Source: Lingula anatina (Eukaryota > Animalia > Brachiopoda). From it: DNA of 64,000 nucleotides. Positions 24,492-36,700 of this stretch are shown piece by piece. Position 1 is the stretch's first letter. Every line of letters starts with the position of its first letter. The notes beneath the pieces were generated by a model, which did no database searches, was not told where the DNA came from, and saw only the letters and a list, made by a program, of their open reading frames with translations. A program made the translations under genes and the position numbers. The stretch is taken from assembly GCA_051362555.1 (NCBI GenBank), contig CM120645.1, positions 18,600,001-18,664,000 of the forward strand, written 5' to 3'.

Positions 24492-25082
24492 ACTGAATAA
24501 AAGGAATGTCAAATGTCACATAGCAGCATGTATAGATCTTAATCTGCCAATGGTGCCTCACTGTTACTAGTTTACCATGGTTGATGGCAAGCCCAAGTTC
24601 ATGACACATAAAGCACAGCCACATAAGGTTTCAATTACACTTTGCATTTTGTTACTTCTACTATTTCCTTCTTCTCTATCAAGCTTTTAAAAGTTTTCAT
24701 TACAAAATTTGAAATAAAATCACAGGAATATAAAGGATGAGTATTGAATACCTGTAGGCTACAAAACTTAGCAAAGGAATGTATCAGACATATCTACCTG
24801 TGGTTGGAATGCGTAACTGATGGGTCTGTCCACTGACCATGCATCAGCTACCATGCTTCTCATGTCTACAGCTATGAAACTGAGTTCAAATTGTTCAAAA
24901 CTACTAGAAACCTCATTGCCATCCACTTTGATTTATTTATCTATTAGTTGATTCATTCATTTATTCATTTATGAAGCAAACTAGGTTTTAGTTCAACTTA
25001 ATGATAACATAGCTAAGGAAAAACACACATACACACAAAAATTGTAACCAAAAACTTAAGACCAAAGTCCTTACTGTGTGAT

Positions 25083-25365
25083 CAGGGTTGGAAACTCCTC
25101 CTAAAATTCAACCAGACAGCAGGACAGGTTACTCTTGAAAGTTACCTGTCCTACCATAAGCCAACCTGTCCTCATAAAATCGAGAGAATTATGATAATAA
25201 TGTGCATGTATGACTAAATTTAATAATTCAAGACATTTTTGAATGTTGTTTTCTTTCAAACTTCATAAATAAAACTCATAATACCAGTGCTGTCTTGATA
25301 CCAAAGAATCAAATTTATTTTTATATTCAGTTATGGTCTGTCCCCCCACCCATACATCATGGATT

Positions 25366-25403
<38 letters not shown>

Positions 25404-27196
25404 ATAATAATAATAATAATAAAATAAATAAATAAAATAAAATAATAAATATATATATGCACCATGCCAAATATCTATTAATACAAAATTATAGCAAAAC
25501 CATTTGACAGAAACAAAATGCACCACAGTCAATACAGTCAGTACTGAAGAACAAGTATTTTAATTTAACTGAAGTATCTACATCACTGCAAATTTTCATG
25601 AAAGGAGCATTAAAATTCAAAACTGAACTATCAAATCATTGGCATGGTAAGCAGTAGCAGCTTGCAAGTAAAACAGTATCAGTTTGGTGAATAAAATTGA
25701 TGAATGTCAACTGCAAGTCACAGTGCCTGTCCTGATATATGAAAACCTCACTTGACCAAAGATCAAGTCATTCTGTTTGAATCTTCAAAATGTTAATTGA
25801 AAAAAAAACTGCATTTACTCATGAGATTTTTGCTAAATGAATTCCTTTAATCATCTCCACCTGATTCACTGTAGTCATTATCATCCCTCTCTTCCATATC
25901 TGAAAATCCGACTCGTAGCCCGAGTCAATAGATTTTGATGGTTGCTCACTTGGCACCTGAACGCTGGTGCCCTCCCTTTTACCCTGCTCCACATCAACAA
26001 TAATCTCCTCAAAGTGGTCAACAGCAGATTTGGGCTTGCATCTTTCCATGAAAGTTGGCCTTCTTGCCCCAGTGCTCCACTGAGTTATTGCTGGTTTGGG
26101 GACAAGTTCTTGAATTGTGCTTGAATGTTGCTGGATTGACATTAGCAGAATCATAGATTATGCTTTCAACTTGTTTTTATATCGATTCTTGATTATTTTC
26201 AACTGGGAAAACCCACGTTCACACTCTGCTGTATCAGCAAGTGTGAAAAAAAGCATACGTTTGGATTTCCTTCATCATAAGGCATTTTAACTAGTACTAT
26301 ACAAAAATTTTTTTCAGTATTTAATAAAAATCTTTCTCCAATAAATTTACTGCATATTTTACCTGACTTAAATGGGTTACAAATGCGTGGTGACATTGGT
26401 AATATGATAAAGAAGACAATGTGGCAAACTAATGTAGCGTACATTTGAAATTTCTACGTCCGACATGCAACGAAAGTTTCTTGGCCTTCCTGAAAAAAAT
26501 CATGAAAAGCGACCAGCGACGGAGGTCCGTAAAGACTACGACCAAAATAAGAGGCAGCGGACGATTGTTCCAAGTTGGAAAGCAGAGTTTAGTTGGCTGA
26601 TATGTAACGAAAACCGTCAAATTTTATATCCGTTTATACCCGTTTATGGCCCGCTTTTGTCAAGGAAGAAATTTAACCGGTATAAAAATGGACCCTTCGT
26701 TAAAGGATGCAAAAATTTAAGGCATCGTGAATTTACGCTACATTAGCTCACCATATTGTCTTCTTTATCATATTACCGATGTTACCTTGCATTTGATTGG
26801 CTTATTGCTGCGAATCTTCCCGCGACAAAAGTCGAGAGTAAGTCATTTAATGACATATCACTGACCTATATTCCTATATTTGGAATGTTCACGTGACTTA
26901 TTGGTTTATCGCAGTGAAATTTTCCCGCGGTAAAAGTCGGAAGTACTCGATGTAATGACGAATCATTGACCTATTTTCCTATATTCAGAATGCTCATGTG
27001 ATTTATATTGTAAACACTTATATATAAGTAAATGTGTGAATCTAAAAATCAAGAAAGACGCGATGTTTCACGCTCAGATCTACTGACGACTTCAAAGTGC
27101 GGCCCGACCACAGGACGGTCTCCAAATTAATTTTACCCGTCCTCCATGAAATTAGACCGTCAAGGACGTTGGGACGGGCGGTTATTTCCAACTCTG
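25083..27196 (-). mobile_element. Non-autonomous hAT transposon, copy 1 (2114 bp, 7-bp TSD)
   Basis: TIRs CAGGGTTGGAAA / TTTCCAACTCTG; TSD GTGTGAT (25076-25082 and 27197-27203). Remnants of the hAT dimerisation motif [22 protein letters not shown] (minus strand) and of a TTF-type zinc-finger N-terminus [10 protein letters not shown]...FVKGCKNLR (plus strand). Confidence 0.9.
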
Positions 27197-27621
27197 GTGT
27201 GATTGATTTTATGCAGTTTATGTTGATGCATATTCATAGTTTGATTCTTGTGTGTAATTTTGAAAAGAGTGCCTGTACTGTACTGTACTGTACTGGGGTA
27301 TATGAAATATGCATAAATAACAGTGCTAGCATTGAATTATGATAATGCGCACACAACTGTTCCTGTTCAGTAACTGCATTATAATGATCTCATTAAACTC
27401 TGTGACTGTGTTCCCATTAGTATAGGTTGAAGTAAAAGTCAAGTTTTGAACTGAATATTCTATCGTAAAATAAGTAAGAAATGAATGTTTGGCATTCTAT
27501 GCTGGCAATTTACAGACGCAACAGCAGTCTCTGTTATTTAGGATGAATTTACTGGGTATATCTAGACATATACAGAATGTATATTTATTTTTTTTCATTT
27601 AATTCTATCCATCTATTTATT

Positions 27622-30600
27622 TTTTTTTTTATTTTTTTTTTTATTAATATTTTTTTTTATTGCAAATCTCAAATAAGTACAGATTTCAGCAAAAAAATAT
27701 AAAATTTATAAATAACTAAATAAAAATCACACTCACTCTCTCACTCACTCACTCACAAAGAGACACTCAGTCATTTGCAATATATATATATATATATAGT
27801 TACTGTGTCATTTAATATATATGTCAACAACGATATATTGATAACCTAATAGTAAAATACTTAATAATACTTAATAAATAATATGATCTAATACAGATAA
27901 AAACAAATATGTGTTTTACTATCAAATATCGGCAGGGGAACATACGCAGATAGAAGATATCATTCCAGGAAGAGAGGCTGCAGCTTTTTCCATTTTTCAT
28001 TAAATTTATCTATTGTCATGTTTCTCAGACTTATATTTCTCTCTGCGATGTAGGCCTGTCTCCATTCTATTTTAATATTTTCTATGTTCGGGGTAATGTT
28101 TTTCATTTTAAATTTATATATAATAAATTTTGTTATGATCAGCAAACTGTTGAGCGCATTGCATTTCAAATTTGGAATTCCTAGAATTATATCAGATGCT
28201 GTTAATTGTAATACAAGTCCAGTCTTTAAATGGATCCAGTCTTGTATTTTTGCCCAAAGGGGAGCAATTACTTTGCACTCAATAAATAAGTGTTGAAGAG
28301 TTTCAGGGTGTTCGTTACAGAAGGAGCAGGTCTCTGTGTCTTTTATCCCAATTTTTCGTAAAAAATTATTTGTAGCTAAAATTCTTTTTGATACTCTAAA
28401 TTGAAACCAGCGCAGTTTAGTATCTAAAGTACATTGGAAAGGAATGTTATTCAAGATTTTCCACTCTTCAGCTGTGAGAGGTTCTTTAGAAAGGAGTTTC
28501 CATTTTGACATTGCGTTAGTCTTTTTCATTTCGTTTGAGTTCAAAATATTGTAAAAAGGTTTTCCCCCTTTTGTAAATTTTAATAGCCATTTAAGTTGGG
28601 TTGAAATTATAGGGAGCTCAATTTTTTCATGTAAATTGTCTATATTCATTTGTTTTTGAAATTTTTTTACTGCGCATAGTATACTTGTGAACGTAACATA
28701 ATTTATTATATTCCCGTGCCTTTCCTTGAACTGTTGGTATGTGAGGTAATTTCCCTCTGTATCGATCAAGTCATTTATGTTTCTTATACCTATTTTATTA
28801 CAGGTTCTTATAAGAATAGGATTGTTTTTTATCCGTATTTTATCATTTAGCCATAAACATTCTTTTAAAAACTTTTCTTTTGTATCAATCTTTTTATTCT
28901 TTAACAGTCTGCACCATGCATCAATGACTTGATTCCAAAAAGCATTTTTTGATCCGTTCTTAATTTTTTGCATTTCAGACATTCCCATTTCAGACCAGTG
29001 TACACCCTTACTTTCAGGGATCAGACTAAGGAAAAAGAAAGACCATTTTGAATTTTTGTGCATGATTCTCCTGAGCCATGAAATTTTTAGGGAATCAATA
29101 TAGTTTCTAATATCGGGGACTTTTATACCTCCATTTGAGTACGACTGTGTCATTATATCTCGTTTTACTCTTTCAATATTTCCATTCCATATGAAATTAA
29201 AGCACATTTTTTGTATTTTGTCTACATATTTGTTTGGTATTGGCAATGTGGAAAATAAATGAGTCATTTTTGGAAGGATCAGTGATTTAAAAATTACATT
29301 TCTCCCCAAAACTGTTAGCGATCGGTGAGTCCATTGTTTCATAGTTCTTTCCATATCTTCGAGTTTCTCTCTATAATTTTTCTCAATCATTTCATGTAAA
29401 TTTACTGAGAAATCTATTCCAAGGATTCTGAAAAAACGTTCATTCCAATCGAGATTCAACTCTTTACACATGCTCTCTTGTGAGTCTTTCTTGCTTCCGA
29501 ACCAGTTTAATTTAGTTTTTTGATTGTTCATTTGTAGTCCAGAAAATTGGGAGAATTCATTTAGAACCTTTAGGGTATTTCTTAAACTTTTTTCAGTCCC
29601 ATCCAGCACAATAGTTGTGTCATCAGCATACTGGGAGATGAGAAAAGTTTGATTATGTATTGTAATGCCTTTTATGTCTATTTCATTTTTTAACATTATA
29701 CTTAGTATCTCAGCACAAAGAATGAAAAGGTAAGGGGAGATGGGATCCCCCTGACGGCAACCCCGAGAAAGATTGAAGAAAGAAGAGGCAAAACCATTAA
29801 CCAAGACACACGAAGAGGAGTCTTTAAGGAAGAGTTTTATCCATTTTATGATAGATTCTCCAAAGCCAAAGAATTCAAAGGTTTTTTCGATAAAACCCCA
29901 GTCGATTGAATCGAAAGCCTTAGCAAAATCGATTTGCATCAACAGACCTGGTATTTCATGTGCGTCACAGTATTCAATTAAGTCGAAAATGGTCCGTGTA
30001 TTCTCACCTATGTATCTGCCCGCCATAAACCCATTTTGGTCTTCATTTATTAATATTGGTAATACTTTCTTTATTCGATTCGTTATACATGCCGAGGCGA
30101 GTTTATACACAACATTAAGTAGTGATATCGGTCTTAGGTTTTTTAACGAGTTGGTAGGCTTATTATGTTTAGGTAGAAGGACGATTATACCCCGGGTAAG
30201 AGTTATAGGTAGTTTGTCTTTTTCGTATGCCTCGTTTATACATCTTATTAAAAAACTATTCAGTTCTTTCCAAAAGAATTTGAAAAATTCGTAAGTAAAC
30301 CCGTCGGTACCTGGGCTCTTTTCATTTTTCGTTTGTCTTAATACTGTATAGAGTTCAGCGTAGTTTATCTTTCCTTCGAGCGAGGATGCTTCGGCTTCGG
30401 TCAATTTTGGAGTTTCAATATTTTCCAATCGAGTTTTTATGTCTACTGATTTGTGATTTTGTTTCTTAAATAAATTTTCGTAAAAGCGTGCGGTTTCTTT
30501 GAGAATCTCATTTTGTTCAGTAAGAATATTTCCGTTATCTGTTACCAGTTTAGTTATTGACTTATTTGTAAAATTGCGATTTTCCAGTGCTAAAAAGTAT

Positions 30601-31481
30601 TTTGATGGTTTTTCTCCGTATTCTATCCATCTTTCTTTTGATCTTATCATTATGCCTTTTACTTTTATTTTTCTTATATTTTCCAGTTTCATCTTTTCCT
30701 TATTTATCATTTCAAGAATTTCTTCTTTTTTGTCTAATTCGGCCTCATTTTTAAGATCATTCTCTAGGTCGTTTATAGTATTTTCCACTTGTTTTTCCTC
30801 TGATTCTCTTTTCTTTTTTATCCTAGCACCAAAAGCAATCGTTTCCCCCCTAATTTTCATTAAGAGAGTTTCAAGAAATAGCCCATCGCTTATAGTTAAC
30901 TGTAAAGAATGTCTGTCAATATTCAGTATGTTATCTCTATTATAGGGCGCTGCTGCATACTCTAAGATAGTTTCATTGATTATCTGCTTTACCATATCGG
31001 CATACTCACTTTCATATAAGTGTGAGTTATTGAATTTCCAAAAACCTTTTCCGTGTTTAATTTTCCTTTTTAACTGTAAGTCCAGAGTTATAATGGAGTG
31101 GTCGCTCTTATAACCTGGAATAATCTGACTATCTTCGATATAATTTGTAATGGTTGTGGAAACAATAAAATAATCTAACCTTGCCTGTTTAAAAGGCGTA
31201 GGCTGCCGCCATGTATACTGTCTAACATCCTCATGCATTTCCCTCCATATGTCGTGCCAGTTATGTAATTCCATCAAGGTATAAAGTTGATTAGAGGCCT
31301 TGGGGTTATTTTTATGTTTATAGTTATATGTGTCCTTCTCTTGGTTTAATACTAAGTTAAAGTCCCCACAGATAATATGATCCTGATTTCCAAAATTCAT
31401 TATTGTCTCGTGTATTTTTAAGAAAAATTCAGGTGAATCATTATTGGGACCATACAGATTTATGAGTGAAATGTCTTTTTC
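27622..31481 (-). mobile_element. L1/Tx1-clade LINE, 5'-truncated, young insertion in intron 1 of the Egalitarian-like gene
   Basis: 15-bp TSD ATCCATCTATTTATT (27607-27621 and 31482-31496) and A-rich 3' tail. Contains an uninterrupted ORF2. Confidence 0.93.
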
Positions 31482-31487
31482 ATCCAT
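27960..31487 (-). CDS. LINE ORF2 (partial APE endonuclease, reverse transcriptase, C-terminal zinc knuckle), 1175 aa
   Basis: NLYGPN, CGDFN, RLDYF, SDHS endonuclease motifs; RPISLLN, DFAKAFDS, GCRQGDPISP, QYADD RT motifs; CSFC...ETLQHLFIEC. The endonuclease N-terminus is missing. Confidence 0.9.
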   Translation of the reverse strand: MDEKDISLINLYGPNNDSPEFFLKIHETIMNFGNQDHIICGDFNLVLNQEKDTYNYKHKNNPKASNQLYTLMELHNWHDIWREMHEDVRQYTWRQPTPFKQARLDYFIVSTTITNYIEDSQIIPGYKSDHSIITLDLQLKRKIKHGKGFWKFNNSHLYESEYADMVKQIINETILEYAAAPYNRDNILNIDRHSLQLTISDGLFLETLLMKIRGETIAFGARIKKKRESEEKQVENTINDLENDLKNEAELDKKEEILEMINKEKMKLENIRKIKVKGIMIRSKERWIEYGEKPSKYFLALENRNFTNKSITKLVTDNGNILTEQNEILKETARFYENLFKKQNHKSVDIKTRLENIETPKLTEAEASSLEGKINYAELYTVLRQTKNEKSPGTDGFTYEFFKFFWKELNSFLIRCINEAYEKDKLPITLTRGIIVLLPKHNKPTNSLKNLRPISLLNVVYKLASACITNRIKKVLPILINEDQNGFMAGRYIGENTRTIFDLIEYCDAHEIPGLLMQIDFAKAFDSIDWGFIEKTFEFFGFGESIIKWIKLFLKDSSSCVLVNGFASSFFNLSRGCRQGDPISPYLFILCAEILSIMLKNEIDIKGITIHNQTFLISQYADDTTIVLDGTEKSLRNTLKVLNEFSQFSGLQMNNQKTKLNWFGSKKDSQESMCKELNLDWNERFFRILGIDFSVNLHEMIEKNYREKLEDMERTMKQWTHRSLTVLGRNVIFKSLILPKMTHLFSTLPIPNKYVDKIQKMCFNFIWNGNIERVKRDIMTQSYSNGGIKVPDIRNYIDSLKISWLRRIMHKNSKWSFFFLSLIPESKGVHWSEMGMSEMQKIKNGSKNAFWNQVIDAWCRLLKNKKIDTKEKFLKECLWLNDKIRIKNNPILIRTCNKIGIRNINDLIDTEGNYLTYQQFKERHGNIINYVTFTSILCAVKKFQKQMNIDNLHEKIELPIISTQLKWLLKFTKGGKPFYNILNSNEMKKTNAMSKWKLLSKEPLTAEEWKILNNIPFQCTLDTKLRWFQFRVSKRILATNNFLRKIGIKDTETCSFCNEHPETLQHLFIECKVIAPLWAKIQDWIHLKTGLVLQLTASDIILGIPNLKCNALNSLLIITKFIIYKFKMKNITPNIENIKIEWRQAYIAERNISLRNMTIDKFNEKWKKLQPLFLE

Positions 31488-31857
31488 CTATTTATTATTT
31501 ATTATTTTTTATTAAATTATTTCATTAGCAACATCAAACGTTACACTATTCAATATTTCATTGACAGTGAGGCCACAGCCATATCAACAATAATGCTGTT
31601 TTGGCCTACATTACCAAAGGCCGTCAATGCAACAGATACATATACGCACTTAACGTACTTCAAGATCTCAGGTTCAGCTGTTCAATGGGGCTGTCCTGCA
31701 CAGTTATAAACGTCTATGCTACTGGCTCTGCGGTTTGTACTTGCCAAATAAGTCAATACAAGTTATATTAACTGGTATCTTAAAATGTAGTCATAAATGC
31801 CGTGAAAAAAGTACCTAATCGAAGCGTTGAAGTTTTTTCTACATGACCATTACTCAC

Positions 31858-32030
31858 CAGAAATAATCTAATGTTCTGAAATGGCGAAGGCCCATCGAAA
31901 ATGTGAAGAATCCTTCACACCCTAGTTCTACTACTGCCAAGTTGTGTTTACCCACAATGCTTAGCGATGACCTACTACGCTCGCGCATTGACGACCCGCC
32001 ATTTTGGAAATAGATTGAATATTTGAAAAG
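31858..32030. promoter_or_regulatory. Compact bidirectional promoter with two divergent non-coding first exons
   Basis: Minus-strand donor CTG|GTGAGTA at 31857 and plus-strand donor AAG|GTGAGTA at 32031. A CpG-enriched core and a YY1-type motif CCGCCATTTT (~31996-32005) lie between them. Confidence 0.65.
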
Positions 32031-32801
32031 GTGAGTAAAGGCCTCAGGTAATAACTTGTTGTACGTTGTTGCGATGAGGTCAGTCCGAATGCAGTTTATA
32101 TCATTTGAATGAGGAGATAATACATGCGGTTTTGATTCTTTAGGATTTCTCGGATTCACCTCATTCTTGCAGCTTCTTTCTCTGTGCAAGTGAAATTAGG
32201 TCATGAAGCCGGCAACTTCAGTTGTCTTGAATACTATTGAATTTGAAATCGATAAACAACTTATGCAAACGCATTAAATGTATTATGTAACAGAGTATTG
32301 TTTTAGCTCTACCTGCGTATCACTTAAACTTGTCTAGCTTCTAAACAACGAAAAGGAGCATTTTCTAACTCCGGTCTATTCGTGTGAGAGTACTGCCACT
32401 GGATCTTTCTTTCGTTACTTCACATTGCCTATTTATATGTAGACTATATGTGTGTTATTATACACTACAACTGTTTGCGACTTTTCTTGCTATTTGATCG
32501 GAACTCTACTTCAATTCTGATCTATTATTAAATTATTATTATTAGCTTTCAATTGTTAACTGTCTTTTTGAGTTGGAACTTGTATTATAACTTTTGCCAC
32601 TGTGCATGTGGCACCTTGATACAGACCCACATGAATACAGGTTTGCTTGTTTGACACCCAGTTGTTGGAAAATGCTTGAAGTCCAGAGAGTAAAGTAGTA
32701 AAGTACCCCTTATCTATGGGTAGAGGTTGATATTGGAAATGTTCCTCTCGTTGTTTACACTTGGCTCCATCATGTATACTTATCAGCAGTGCTCATCAGC
32801 A

Positions 32802-32951
32802 GTATTTCCCATGCTATATAGTATACTAGAAGTCTTTTTGTATGAACTTGTGCACCAGACATAGGCAAGTTAATGTGAAGCAACAGAAACCAATACTTTA
32901 TATATATAAAGTAAAAAAGACTTCTAGTATACTATATGGCATGGGAAATAC
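32802..32951. repeat. Inverted repeat (~38-bp arms), MITE-like hairpin
   Basis: GTATTTCCCATGCTATATAGTATACTAGAAGTCTTTTT versus AAAAAGACTTCTAGTATACTATATGGCATGGGAAATAC. Confidence 0.8.
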
Positions 32952-33127
32952 GACTTTGATAAAATAAAATTTGGGATTGATCAAACACTTTTCATAGTAC
33001 TGTTCATTTTGTAGGTAACTAGTTATTTCACTGCAATGACCCTAGGTCATGGTATGTTACATTCATACTATTTCGTCTTTTCAGGAGCAGTTGAATAGCA
33101 GACAGATGTAGTTCTTTAAAAAAGAGA

Positions 33128-33653
33128 ATGTTTTGGATATTTTACTCTGTCTATACTGCTGTCTACTATGGCAGTATAGACTTTATGGTGTTTTTGCTGG
33201 TGGATCTTGTGGCTAAGACACCACTCAAAGAAGCAAGGTATGTATGATACAAAACACATACCGTAGTTTGCGAGAAAATAAATGGCCAGTTAGAGCACTA
33301 TATGCCCAATTTGATGGAACTATTTATTCACAAGTAAAAGACCTTACTCTAAAGAATGTGTCTAAAATTTATCTGCTTTCATACATTATCACTGTTTTGT
33401 GGCTGAATGTGTTTAAAACTCTGCCGTATTATATATTCGTCAAAGAATGTTGATATCAAACCTTTATGCTTCCCTTCTGAAAAATTGCCTCTAATGCCGT
33501 ACAGTGTATTAACTAAGTGTATTATGATATAATGTCATATTATTTAGGTTTTGCACATACACATTTTAGTAGAATAACATACACATTTTATAGAATCACA
33601 GTTTACACTGGAATTACTATTAGAAAAAAATGCATGCACATGCTCTCTCTCTC

Positions 33654-33701
<48 letters not shown>

Positions 33702-36700
33702 AGCAGAGGCTGAATTTAGATCTGTATGAGAGTATATATAAAGACTTTGAATTGTGTTTGCAGAGATGATGGGGAGAAGAGGCTGGTATGGTTGTATGAG
33801 GCCCTTGCCTTGATGTTCTTCAGTGTTGTTGTATACATCATAGATCATGTGCCGTACCTCCTCTTTACTCTGGCGGTGCTTACACTCCTCTACACACAAG
33901 TGCACGGACGTGTGGATTTCCGCGATCTCTGGATACAGCTCACCACAAGGTGGGATGAATTCCAGCAGCACGAGGAGAGCATGGAGCAGATGCGAAGGGA
34001 GCAAGTACGACAGACAGAAGGGCAGTTCATGATGACCAGCTCCCCAATAGCCACTCCTCCCCTGCACATGGTTTCTCAGGCAGACCCCTTTCCAAATGTC
34101 AGTCCTATAGCCAGTGCAGCAGCCTGGAATAATGTGGATACCCCTGGGAATAGATTCATGCACCCCCTCCCTCCACAGTTGAGATTCAATAGCCCCAGTG
34201 GTCCATCAGTGACAGGGATGTCACCACAGGGAACAGTGCTGCCATCTCCACAGCAGCAAGACCCAGGGTTCCCTGTGGTATCAGAACCTTTCTCCTCAGG
34301 GCAGCAGTTCTACTCTAGGCTTCCCACAAACTATGCATTTGCTAACATGAATCACAACAGCAGGTTCCAGAATCAAAACCCAAGCATGTCAGCGCGACTG
34401 CCCACAGTCATGCCAAAGAGACTGGTCAATAAAATTCACACAGGGTATGGGGACATGGACCCAAAAGTTGGTAAAACTCAATCAGGTGCTCTCTCACGGG
34501 TCATGAATGTGTTGGGACTGGGAAAATATAGGACAACTCCTCCAGGACTGAGGAATGACAGCAAAAGTATATGTTTTATGAATGCTGTGTTGCAGTGTCT
34601 TGCCAGAAGCCCGAAGCTCCCCGAATCTCTGGGCAATATCAGTCAGGATGATATAGAGAGGAGGAAGAGGAAGGCCAGTCTGGCTGAGACCACCCTGTTA
34701 GAGTCTATTAAAGAACTGCTGCATGAGCTCAATGTTCAGCCAGGTCAGTAAATTGGCAAAGAGGTAGAGAGATCATAAAGGAAAATTTTTGTAATAGGTA
34801 TAGCAAATGATTTATTATGCCTGTTTTCCTGTTCAAGGTTTAAAAGTTTGTTATGAAGGCAGTGATTTTGCTTTTGTTATTTTATTTAGAAGTAATTTTT
34901 TGCAATATTTTTAACAAAAAGAAAAAAATTCTTCTTAAACTGTTAACTCCATTGTTGTGTTGAAGCAAAGAATGCATTTCTTACACTTTGCAAATGTTTT
35001 TGTGATAATCATTACTAGTACATAATTTAAAAACTGGCAACAGTTTTGACTGTCTAGCCATGACGAGACCATGAGATATGGTGTCCACATTTGGTCAAGT
35101 TCAGTTTCATGGGACTACATCCTACTCTTTTCACAGATGGTAACAGCAGAGAATGTCCAGACATAACAAGACTACGAGAGGCAGCGTCGTCTTTGACAGA
35201 CTTGGTTGCAAGTCCCAGCAACCAGGACGCCCAGCAGCAGCAGGACACGGCAGAGTTTCTAACATGGCTGCTGTCAACACTTCACCAGGTGCTGAACAAG
35301 ACTGGAGACCAAGGTAAGCTGGTCTTGACAGTACTATGTCCTTCCCAGTGTTGGTGCTTACAAATGTCCATGTGTCACTAAATCTTAATTTTGGCACCTC
35401 TGCAGTTGTGCCTCTTGGATTTTTGTTGCAATTTAGCTTTGTGAGCACTGCATGTGGTTGGTTTAAGCAGTGAAGCATACCTTTTATCTTATAGATAATC
35501 TTTTTATAGGATATATATGAAGAATATTTCAGAATGTTTGGACATGTACTTTACAGTTTTTTTAATCTCATTTATATAGTATTTGGTAGCTTACACGATT
35601 ATGTTAAATATACTAATAAAACTAAAATTCAATGATTTATAAGGAATTTACAGATGATTAATTCAAATAAGCCAAGAAACAGTGTCCTTCTCCTCTTAAG
35701 AAATTAGTTTATTTATTTGTTTATTTATTTATTTATTATTATCATTTTTTTTTTTTTTTTTTGGTCATCATTTTATGATTTTAAACTTGTTCATTTATAT
35801 GTGCTGTTCTCAAAGGATTATAACTACAAGCAATTCTGTATATATAGGTAGTCCCCAGGCAGACCAGTTTATGAGCCCAGCTTTGGCTATGCTGAAGTTC
35901 ATTTATGGAGATCTGAATGAAAGAAGAATAGAGGAGTTGAAAGGTGCATGCAGGAGAGAGGTTAGCAAACAGAAAGTCTGATTGAAAATGCTGAAGTGAT
36001 ATTATTAGTACCACCAGCGTGTACGCTGGCGGTACTCATGGTTTTAGTCCCGACCCGTCTCGTCCGGCTCCGCCGGCTCCGTTGGCTCCGCCGGCTCCGT
36101 TGGCTCCGCCGGCTCCGCGTACTGGCGCTGGATACAAGTCACCGTTACCGCTTCTCCTCCTAGACCGCAAGAACCCCTGTCCCCATCTCTTGGATTTAGG
36201 TCACATATAACCTCAACTTGAACCCCCAGGTTTTTTTGTCTCAGTCGGTGCATTAACCTGGGCGTGACGCTCGTTGAAATGCACCCTTGTCAAAATTTCT
36301 GAAAATTCAATGCCAATTATCTACCCTACGGAAGGAATTATGGGAAAAATTTCTACAGACGGCTTTCCAAAAGTCATATGTGTAGATTTCAAATATGCCC
36401 TTGGATTTGACCTTTGACCTTTATTTCAAGGTCAATTGGGTCAAAATTTTCAAATAAATGAAATTTTTTTACAAAAAAAATATTATTTGCGCTGTTATTC
36501 AGACACTACACAGACTTAACCAATAATATTATTGGAAAGTGTTACCCTTTGGGTCTTCTTTCATCTCCGTGAATTTGGGGTCAATCGGTGCATTTTCACG
36601 GGAGAAGCGGCCATAAGATACCGAAACTGAAAACTGTCTCTAATTCAGGAACTGTTAATGCTAGCGACCCGTTCTTTTTTGCATTTTGTAGAGCATGTAA

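Noticed and set aside
25819-26746. Functional small genes within the 2.1-kb repeats
   Set aside because: They are broken hAT transposase remnants with stops and missing zinc ligands.
29773-30945. 173-aa and 148-aa plus-strand ORFs
   Set aside because: Antisense shadows of LINE ORF2.
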